DNA of 64,000 nucleotides from contig OZ316897.1 of assembly GCA_973895155.1 (NCBI GenBank), positions 11,555,832 to 11,619,831 of the forward strand, read 5' to 3'. Both the position numbers and the translations under genes were made by a program. Every line of letters starts with the position of its first letter. Positions within the stretch are counted from its first letter, which is position 1. Of this stretch, positions 35,903 to 46,900 are shown piece after piece. Source of the stretch: Marsupella aquatica. Its lineage: Eukaryota > Plantae > Marchantiophyta. The notes under the pieces were generated by a model that saw nothing but the letters and a program-made list of their open reading frames with translations, searched no databases and was not told where the DNA came from.

Positions 35903-38102
35903 GACAGCGAGAGAGAGAGAGAGAGTGAAAGTGAGAGCGAGAGAGTGTCGCCCAGGAAAGGACTCACGGACCGACCAAAAGAAAGTCCCTGTAATGTCGT
36001 TCCTCTGAGTGCAACCTCCGTAAAGGCAAAAATCGTACGCAACAGATGCGGGAAAACAAAATATTTGCAGCTTGCCCCGCAGGAACTGCAAACTGTTGTT
36101 TGGTAGAAATGAAAAAGAAAGAAAAATAAATAAAAGCCACCTTAGACAAATCAATAAGCTTAAAATCTAGTAACTACAATTTAGCATTATGCACTTACTG
36201 ATTAGTGTAACACAAAAATATGCAGGGGTTCAGTTTGCAATTATTGAGGGTCAGGATAACATTACACCGGGCATTACACTCCCAGTCATCACTAAACATG
36301 TTCTCTTGATGCAAACAAGAATTCCATGGCTACTTAGTTTGGAATCATTTGGGAATCCATTAGTGCAATCCATGCACCTATTTAAAAGTGCATTTTCTTT
36401 CCATGCCTTGCAATCACTATCTGAAACTTCACCCTATTTTTTTTTTGTATTTATTATTGTATTGAAATTTGTACTTCTGCAGACTTTCCTGAGATTATTT
36501 AAGGGATTGCATCTCCAACCCAACGGGGTTTTGCTTATTGCATACATTAAATACCTAGTCTGACAAGATCCTATATATAGGTTACTATGCATATCTTTAG
36601 GGGCCAACTGAAAAGCAGCCCCAACCCTAACAGGGTAATGTTCCCTAAAGAGCAGGTATCAACATCTAATAGCCTTAGATTGAGATCTTGAGAACCCAGC
36701 AACAAACCCCGTAACCCAGTAATAAGGAGTGAACTATTGTAGATTCTCTCCCATATATAGATGGAGTAACCAAAAAACATCGTTCTTGAAATTCAGATAG
36801 GGCTACAGTGACTGAGTTGGACCTCACTTTTTAGATCTCTTTATTGGGTTTGGTCAACAGCCAATTAGCTTCATTGGCTTAGTTTGGCCAACTTTAGACC
36901 CAAATTCATATTGATCAGCTGCTTTTGGATGGAGTGTCCTTCTCAAAAGTGAGACCGGGGTCCCAATCTAAATAGAATTTTGGAGTAAATCTTAAGAGTA
37001 TATTAAGCATGAAATATAAACCCAAGAAATATTATGTTTATGTAAAGTTTAGAGACTTACATTGGGATATCTCATGTTGCACAATTGTGTGCACTCTTTT
37101 TTGCCTTGAAACCAAAAGCTGACCCGTCCGATAGAGGACATGTGATCAACTCCGGAGCATGCACCTCTGTAGAGTAGCCCACAAGGGGGTCATACCCACG
37201 GATCCAACAGAGACCCAGACAAGGAGGGAGAGAGGGTTGAACCAGAGCCCCAAAGCGGACTAGCTGGGGGCTGAGGAGAAACCAAGACTCCTGAAAAACA
37301 AACTTTAAATCTCCTGTCTTGTGTGGGAATAAGAGATCCTTGGATCAAACCTTGCAAGGGGAAAAGTGCTTGTAGATTTGACAAGTAGAGCATTCTGAAA
37401 TACTCTTCCACTACCAAAATATGTAATAAAAAATGAATTCAAAAAAGGGTGATTGACTCTTGTAAAATTTTTATGTCTCAAAGAAATTCAAAGTGTGTCT
37501 CTCCTGACTCCAAATGGAATAAAAAAACAGAGAGTGAATCAAATAGTCAATTATAACTACAAAAGAAGGACGTTGTAAGAAGATGCACACCATAATTATG
37601 CACTCCCAAAAAAATATCATGAGCTGGTAAGGGAAGGAATAAAGAAGCCCAGGCAAAGGGCTCAACATTGAAACAAACTCAAACAGAGAGTACTCTTTGG
37701 GTAGGAACACAGGCAAATGTAAGAGATCAAAGAATGCAATAATCAAATTAACACACCATCACCCTTGGGATTGGGTCTCCTGGTTGGATGTTTTTGTTCT
37801 TTTCTTTTTTTGTTTTGAAAGGAAGAACATGTTGAAGTATGACATCTTCCTTCATGACGATACAATCATGACTCATACCATGCTCATGTAATTGACACAA
37901 TCCATACGTGGTTCACCTCTTCTCCAAGGCTACGTCCACATGAACACTCCAACTTTACTTCAGAGTAGTCAAACACACAAGCTCTCTCTCTTCCTCAAAT
38001 TGCTTCGTTACAATGAGCAAACACCACATACCAGCAGCTTACACTAGCCTTGGTATATGCAAGGTCACAAGATTAAGAACAATCGTTAACAGAACACTCC
38101 GT

Positions 38103-39150
38103 AGATCTTCCCACCCCAATACTGACAAACATTCATTACATTAAAATCAACCCATTTGAGGGTAAGCTTCAAGAGGGACCAGCACCAAAAGAGAGAGGAC
38201 TAAATAAGGGTCACAAAATGGGCAACCAAAGCCCAAGGACATGATTAGAACTCACATCTTCTATCCACAAAACCTATCTTCACCCACACATATATACCCT
38301 TTTTGTTTTTTGTTTGTTTGTATTAGGCATTTACTTTTAGTCTAGGGTTACAATTGTGACCATAGTTGGGGCTTACCTTAGTTGCAAACTAGATTAAGTT
38401 AACTAAGTTGCACACTATAGGTGTTTGATTGGATAGGAGGAACTCAGGTTCATTGTTCCAGAGTCAATTGAGAAGTAGGGAGATCTTGTATTACAGAAAC
38501 TTGGTATGGCAGATGGGCCTAGAGTACAATCAAGCTCTGGCCTAGAGTACAATCAAACTCTCGTGTGTTCTCGTGGACATAGGTTTAACTACAGTAAACC
38601 ACATATTTATCTCTGTCGACTACTTGTGCGTTATATATTTCATGGGCTTGCCGATATGAATTTCATATATGTTCAACATTTTTGTCTTGAAAGGAAAAAA
38701 TACTTGGCAGATCTTCCCACCCCAATAGTGACATATATTCATCATAATAAACCCATTGGAGGCTGAGCTCCAAGAGGCGGCACAAGGAGAGAAAGGACTA
38801 AATCAGGGTCACAAAGTAGGTAACCAGAACCCAAGGAGATAATCAAAACTTCCATGCTCTCCACAAAACCCATCCTCACCCAGACACATATATACCCTCA
38901 AGGGTGTGGAGGGAGACTTGAACCTAGAGCTCAAGTACATAAATCAGAACTCTCATGCTCAAGTACACAAATCAGAACTCTCATACCCTATTGACAAAAC
39001 CCATCCTCACCCACACACATATACCCTCCACGCAATACCCTATTGACAAAACCATCCTCACCCACACACATATACCCTCCACGCAACAGGGGTGTGGAGG
39101 CAGAATTGAACCCGAGACCTCTCAATTCCAGGTAAAGCTTTTGGTACTGT
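38103..39150 (-). mobile_element. Cluster of diverged SINE-like copies, same family as 27312-27530
   Basis: Homologous blocks at 38103-38300 and 38710-38930 both begin agatcttcccacccca. On the minus strand, ttgagaggtctcgggttcaattc (B-box) lies at ~39103-39125. A ~52-bp internal duplication spans 38985-39086. Confidence 0.6.
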
Positions 39151-39640
39151 GAAATATACAAAGCGTCGACGAAATCGCGTCCCGGGATGAAGTAGAGGGA
39201 TGGCAAGGAAGGACACACGGACGAGATTGCTCGAGGAAAAACAGAGCTTCAACGACGAGAAATGCGACAAATACTTGACCGGACTCCGGAGTATAAAAGT
39301 ACCCGAGGAATGCGAAGATGCTTGGTGCTTCGGTGCTTCGGTGCTACAGGGAGCGAGAAAAGCGATTCGGGAGCGATTCGAGAGCGAGCCGCGATGGTTG
39401 CACACGGCCAGGATTGCGTTTTGGATGATGGCTTGGAACGGATCTGTAGAGTGGAGTGTGGACTGACCTGGCCGAGACGAGGATGGCTTGGAGCACAGTG
39501 ATTACAACAGGGCTATTCGACGGCGTGCTTCACGGGGTTGGGAAGTGCGTGCTGCAGGAGGAGGAGGGGGAGTGCGAGGAGGAGCAGGAGGAGGAAGACG
39601 AAGAAGAAGAAGAAGAACAAGAAGAAAAATGGTGTGAATT

Positions 39641-39806
39641 AGAAGAAAAGATGAAGGAGCGTCATTGAGAATTCTCAAGGCATAGGAAAAGAAGAAAAGA
39701 TGAAGGAGCGTCATTGAGAATTCTCAAGGCACAGGAAAAGAAGAAAAGATGAAGGAGAGTAATTGAGAATTCTCAAGCCATAGGAAAAGAAGAAAAGATG
39801 AAGGAG
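39641..39806. repeat. 49-bp tandem repeat x3.4, each full unit carrying the palindrome TTGAGAATTCTCAA
   Basis: Units start at 39641, 39690, 39739 and 39788 (partial). Confidence 0.92.
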
Positions 39807-40920
39807 GACAGTGTACAGTCGCAGGGCGCAGACGAAGACGACGAGGAATGAGGTGCAGGTGAAGTTAACGCAGCAGGAGAGTGTTGTTGACGCGCAGGTA
39901 ACGTCAAAACAGAGGTGGAAGAGAGGAGAGTGTCGTAGGTGGTGTGGTGTGGTGTGGAATGTTTGGTTTGGTTTTGTCGCAGGGGATCTAGGGATATTCG
40001 GGAATTGTTGGAGTTGCGATGCCAATCATGGGATGCGAATTGCTCGAGAGGCAGAGGGCGGAGGAGGAGAGAAAGAGAGGGGAAAATATTGATTAGTGTT
40101 ACTTTTCTGCGATGGGGATCACACGTGGCTTGCCTGGCCCGGGTTTGTTGCGCTTTTGCGGTGCGATTCCGTGCCGTGTCCCGAATGCGTTGATGACTCC
40201 TGTCTGACTGCATCCTTCGGCTTCTTATCCTTGGTGTTGTGTGCGGTAAGAAGAACTCTGGCAGAACGTACTGTACCTATCGACGACGAGGATACTGCAC
40301 CGAAGTGCAGTGCAGGAGGGCCAGGAGGAGAAGTACGGAGGAGCAGGGGGAATAATGCGGATGATTCACGGCAAAAGTTTTAGTTTATCATCGTCCCCTT
40401 GTCTCCACCTCTGGCTCGGACCGTCCTCCTCGCTCGTGGGATCGAATTTGAGTCGCAGGTTTATACATGCACACGTGCATGTAGGAGGGGACACGACTTA
40501 ACCGATGCTGTCTAGCTGATATCTGGATGGATCGATGACTACGTGCGAGATTGTCTGCTTTCTGAGCGTATCGATGCTTTCTGTGAGGAATTTTCGGTGC
40601 CCCGCTTTGCGCTGCTAAGTAATTAGCCTTCGGGCATTGATTTTGTACGGTATGTGGATGAGCGGAATTGAAATCTGAGTGTCTGGTTCTTCGCAGAATC
40701 AGGTAGGGATGTTGCTCTGGGACTGATTTTTGAGGCGGGAGACGTGCAGATGATGTTGTGAAGCTGCTGCTGCTGCTTGTCGCCTCGCCGGTTAAAGGAA
40801 AGGAAGTCTGCTGGAGGAGAGGGAAGAACGGAGGGGAGAACGGTCGGGAACAGGAGGAGTAGATGGTGGATGCCTAACACATGTTTAATATAATTTTGAT
40901 AGGGAAGACCAGGGAGGAAA

Positions 40921-43900
40921 ATGAATGCCGTGGGAAAAGTCGGCACATTTTTCGCACAGGGTGTGTATACCGTCTCGGGGCCCTTTCACCCTTTCGGAGG
41001 AGCTGTCGATATAATTGTGGTTCAGCAGGAGGATGGCACATTCAAGAGCTCGCCGTGGTACGTCAAATTCGGCAAATTCCAGGGGGTTCTCAAGCGTCGA
41101 GAGAAGAAAGTGGTTGTGGCCGTCAACGATGGCGACGCTAATTTCCATATGTATCTTGATCACAAAGGAGAAGCATACTTTCTCAAAGACGCACCGGGAG
41201 AAGAGCTTGCTACATTCTCCCCTCCGGAGGCAGTCTCTTCCGGTGACGAGAATTCCTCTCACATGCTGGCGCTTGAGTATCCGAGACCGGAAGAGGGATC
41301 GAATCGGACAGCGGAACAACTCGGCAAGGAAGAAAGCGAGGATGAAAAAGGATATGATCTGGAGCTCCGGTTTGAAGGAAGAAGTGCTTCCAAGCAGCTA
41401 ATTCAGCAGTCAGTTGATGAGCGGGCGACGGCTGCTGGAGTTGTAGGAGAAGGATTTAATACTGCCCATGGGAATTCTGTCAGTAGCTCCGGGGACGTTG
41501 AAATTCTTGCAAGTAGCCCTGGAGCCGCCGAGGTTCTCAGCAGCTCCAACCACGATCACTCTGCTAATACTCAACCTAAAGCAGAATCTAAAGCAGGACA
41601 TCGGAAAGCGGAATCTAGCAACGGCAAGGTCATTCATGCATTGTTGAACAAGGCCTTAGGCTTGGAAGCTGGAGTAAAATCAACTCCAGCGAGCGCAATA
41701 TTGGCTAATGCTACACTCGCGGCCCTCCAATCTCAGTCTTCCTCTCTCCCTGACGCTGTTGATATTTCTCCCAAAGAGGGATCCATTGAGGTAGCAGGTA
41801 CCAAAGTGCGGAGAACGTCGAGCACGAATGGTATCATCATTCACGGCTTGTTGAACCAGGCCGTAGGCCTACAACCATCTCACCGGTCTGGGCCTGCCAG
41901 TGGGCTGATTGCCACTGCAATTCTTGCCTCCCTTCACAAAGCAGTTTCCGATTCGCGGTCAGATGGTGATGCCTCCTTGCAAACTCCCCATGTCGAGTTG
42001 GTTGAGCTGGATGGAGATCATATGGACGTTGAAAAGAATCATGAGGACACATGGACAGGCAGCCCAGTTGGCGAATTGAAGGAGGAAGAAAATTTGGTCT
42101 TGAATTCCGCCTCCAACCCTAATGCTGCTGCTGCTGCTGTTAGGTCACCTGCAAGCAACGGTAACACCTCTGCGGATGAAGTGACGGTGATGATGGCTGT
42201 TAGCAGTCTAGGAAGCTTGTCGGGGCTATCTGAAATTGATCAACTGGACGTTGAAGCGCCAATTCCTTCCGGGTCTATTTCTCCGAGTCGCACGTCACAA
42301 TTTTATGACGTAAAGAAGACACTAGAAGTCAGGAAATTAGAGATTCTAGACAAAACATTGGTGGTGGAGGTACAGGAACATATTGACAAAGATCAAATTC
42401 CTGGATTAATTGGGAGTGAGGAGCAGAAGGATATCTCAGATGCTGATGGTAGGGTAGAAAGCATTGTGGTTGGTCGAAAAGAGTTAATGGATAAGGTCCA
42501 TGATGTACAGGCTAGTTCAGGTCAGGTTGAACCTGTTGCAAGAATTTCCAGCAAAGATGCTCATAATCGAGGTTCTGCTCCTGAGCAGTACGTAACACCT
42601 GAGAATGCAGATAAACTAGTCAGCGTACATGTGGACAAGCGTCTTGTGGAGAGTTTACAAGATGCATTGGCCCAAAACATTGAGGGGGGCCCGAAACTGA
42701 TTTTGGAACAGGAGGAAGTCATGACCTCGCCGGTTAAGGATGTCGCAGGAATCAACGCACAACATGCTCAGGTTGGTCGAGGCCTAGAAGTTGCAATTCC
42801 AGGTCAAGAGCTTCCCATAAATAGCGGGGAACCTGCTTCAACAGCCTCAGATGATGTTCGAGACAATTCCACTCAAGACCTTTCAAGTCCTGGGAAAGAG
42901 CTAGCATTGCTGAACCCGGTCCTTTCAGATGTTAGCAGCCCACGGATGAAAGCAGCCATCGAGTTAGAATTGGCCTGGAGAGACGTGATGGAGAAGGCAG
43001 CTACCACTTTGAAAGGTGCACCTTACACAAGCAAAAAGCTCAATCACAGTCAGTCTTACAAGAAGAAGGGTCTTGAAAATGGCGAGAAGAAATCTGACAG
43101 CCCTGGTAGATTGCCTCAGCAGTCCGAAAGGAAAACTTGGGGAGGTTGGTTGTGGGGTGGGAGTAGTGCCCCTCAGGCCAAGCCGACCGAGGAACAGAGT
43201 AGTTCCAAGGATGGGAAAGTTGTGCCGCGAGATTTGGGTGGGGACCTCAGTGATCTTGGCCCCGGTAGCGCTGAATTGAGAGGTCCATCTGGTTTGACAT
43301 CAGAATTAGACGCTGCCTCAAAAAACGGAATTCATGCAATGCAGAATGTTGAAGGTAGTAATGGTAACGTTGAAGCTCAAGGAAAGGGAGCTCATAGCGA
43401 AAGTGATTCGGGGCTAACAGAGGACAAGAAGTCAGATACTGACAATTGCGTTAGAGGGAAACCGCAGGATCATTTGGACTTCGTTTCTGATAGTAAAGGT
43501 CAGCAAAAGGTTCCAGATGGACCTCCGCCACGGCGAAGGTCATTGTTCGGCTTGTTGTCAAGGACCAACACAAATCAGTCGTCTTTGTCTAGTGCTTCTT
43601 CGCTTCAAAGCAATGACGATCTGCAACCGATGTTGGATGGCTTGAAGAGGGAGACTGCTTTGGAAAGGGCGGAGAATGTGGTGGATCTTCTGGAGGAGAC
43701 GTGGGAAAGAGGTTCTGAGGCACATAGAGCCAGAGTTGGAGATGCCAGGATTGCCAAACTGGAGCAAGATGATAATGTGGACGGTGGAATCTCGGAAGGT
43801 AGGAGTGCGGGGCCTCGCTGCAAGCAGGGCCAGGTTGTGAAGCTGAATACTGAAACTTTGGAAGGCGGTAGTGCAGGGGCTGCCTTGAAGCTCGCTGATG

Positions 43901-46900
43901 GCGCCAGTAATTTGCTTGCTACTGCCGATCCAAAAGATGCTTTGACGAGTGATGGATCAAGACGTAGCTATGATTGTTCCAATTTGGAGGGCACTGGGCT
44001 AGAAATGGCCGTTGCGCAACTAGGAGGTGTACGAGAAGAGAATGCAGGCACCTCCATAACGAAATTTGATCAGGATAGAGGAAAGGTTGGGAACGTACAC
44101 GCAGAAGACGATGGTGGACTTCAACAAGTGGTCAAAGTACCCACAAATGGGTCAGATAGAAATACTACCTCAGCTTCTTCTGTATCAGATAATAATACTA
44201 GGGATCCCCCTGCTACTTCGCATATGGATGTGTTGCTGATGACTGTCGATGGACACTTAGTTAGAGCTCCTCTTGGACTTGGTGACAATGAAGCTTCACC
44301 ATTGGCTGGTGACAGTGAGAAGGTGGGAAAAAGTGGAAGTTCTCGGCAAAAGCTCGTCTGTTTTACAGGTGTTTCAGACGATGAAAGGCCTAGCTTAAAT
44401 GCAGATACACATATCTTGCTCAGAAACACGGTGCAACAAGGGATGTGCACACAGATCTCCGCCTCAGCATCGGATGAATCAGATAGGCATCTACTTACAG
44501 AATCTAGTGAGGGAAAACCAGCTCATCAGGGTTGTGAAGGACTCAAGGGCTTGGCCAAGCTAATTGAATTCGACAGTGTAGGGGCAGGACAACAAAACAT
44601 GGGTAGTATCTATCCACATAATAGCAAAACTTTGCCTATTGAAACTGCTCCTGATCAGCTGGGTCCCCAATCAGAGAGTGGACAAACTCTGGAGACAAAT
44701 GGCCATGACGAAAGTGGTATCGATGCTACAGATCCGAACGAGTTTGATGAGATGCGGGCCATGGTTTTTGAGAAACTAGAAGAGGAAAATGAGGGAGATG
44801 CTTTGGAAAGTGATACTGCACAAATCGAACGCTATTATTCTTCCAAAGATTTAACAGAAGCAGAGGATGAAGAGGAGAAGAAAGAGCAGAAGAGAGGCTT
44901 CAAGAGAAATCTAAGTGACTACATGGATGCTATAAGCGGCGAGGATGAACAGGATAGTTCCGGGTCTGCTCGTGAAGATGATCTGGCTCAGTCAAGGGAT
45001 AAGAGTGGCCCCATAGGAATTCCAGGTGCAACACATTGGGGCCCAGACTTTCCCTCTGAGAAGGACCATCTCGTAAGGAGTGCTTCAGAGTCCCTCCCAA
45101 ATGCCAGAAATATGTTGGTACATCGAGATACTGTAAGTCCAAGACTTACGCTTAGCCGCTCTTTAGATTCGGCTACTCCTCCATCCGTAGTGTCTCCAGC
45201 AACGAGGGAACAAAGTGCATCGTCTGATAGTGTTCTGACAACTAGGCTTCCTACTAGAAGTCCTCTGAAGGGAGTAGTGGAACCTTCTATAGTTGACAGG
45301 ACCCCTGAAAAGGTAAAGGGGGAATCTGAACTGCTGAATGGAGGAATGTATAGTTCTGGCACCCAAATATCGACAGCATCTAGCAGCAGCATCAAAATGG
45401 AGGATGGAGGGAAAGGAGCTGAAACTGGTATGCGACTTGCCCATCTGCATAAACAAGGTTGACACTATTGAAGAGAATGAATTTTATTTGACAGTCCGGT
45501 GTTTATATTGCAAATTAGTCCTCGGAAGGCTTAAGCTGTTATCGCCTTGACGAAGAAAGCCGATCTTTTTCTTTCGCTTCTGACCTACTAGGCTGAGAAG
45601 GGACTCTCGTTTATGCTTTCATTCTTTTGCAGGGTTAGAACTCTCTTTGTGCCGGCACTTGTTGAAGGAAAGGATGGGCCTTGAAGCAGCTGCCAATGTC
45701 TTTGCCTCCGAGAAGATTACACTAGAGGAATTCAAGAATTCAGGGTCTGCGATAGCCGCAAATGATAAGCTTGTAGTCAGGGTTGGAGGGCGCTACTACC
45801 CCTGGATGGTTGCAGCTCCTATTGTTCTTGGCATCCTAGCTTTTGGGCAGGTGCTTATTGCACCAAATGAAGGGGCTATTGATGTAGAGCAACCTATTGT
45901 GGTCTTTGATGGAAAAGCTGCTGCGAATGCATCTACAAATTCTGGTGGGGGATGGAAACTTTGGCCTTTTGGTCCCATTAGAAGACCAAAAACCCCAGAG
46001 AGGGCCTTGCCTTCGAGAGAAGCCCTCATGATTGCCACAGAAGTTGCACTGAAAAGTAGCTTGACACAGGAGTATTTGCGCATGGGTGGATACTACAAGA
46101 GGCCACGAAAAGTCAGGACCAACAGTCCGAGCTCACAGCAGTTGGCGTCCTTAAAGCTCAAAGAAGGGAGCAACAAAATTACGTTCACGTTTGAGACACG
46201 TGTGTGGGGCAAACAGCAGGTCTTTAATTTTTCATTGAGTCTTAAACTTCACAACTTCTGTTTTTCATTCACGATGCGGTGTTCTTTTGCTTGTCGAAGG
46301 AACGTTTGATATTACTGATGAAGAGCTTTCCTACTTTGTTTTTGTTCATCTTTATGGTTTATGGTGGAAGGGTAATATACCTGCTCCATTTAGGAGCTGT
46401 GAACTATCCAATTCATCATGCGGCCAGCAGATGACACGAAACGGCTTTGATAATACATTGTTAGAAAAGACGCCAGTTGGGCGTAACAAAATTATAGAGG
46501 ATGTTCTTAACGTGTGATTCAAAAGGAAATTTTAGTGACCTTGCATTGAACAGTTGCTATGTCTGCTCTAACTAGGTCGATGCGCGAATCTACCTGTGGA
46601 AATGGAGTACCCGGATTGTTATATCAGATGTGGATGGCACTATTACAAAGTAAGCAAGAGGACAAAAATATTTTCTAGTTTGCCATAGTATATATCTTGG
46701 CAGTATAGTAGAGACGTTCCCCACCACATTCACATTCTCACAATGGGTGGCGATTGAGAGTGCTATCAGAATAGGCTATGGATGGACCTCGTACGTCTCA
46801 TCCCTAGCTATGCGTGAGGCAGATGTTCCTTGCGTTGCGAATCATTCATGTATTCAAGCCATGCCTTTTCATGTAAACTGGCAACTTATTGCAATTGGGT

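Noticed and set aside
35429-36154. 241-aa minus-strand ORF and overlapping ORFs
   Set aside because: Kept open by the 99-bp repeat and GA/CT microsatellite; low complexity with no domain
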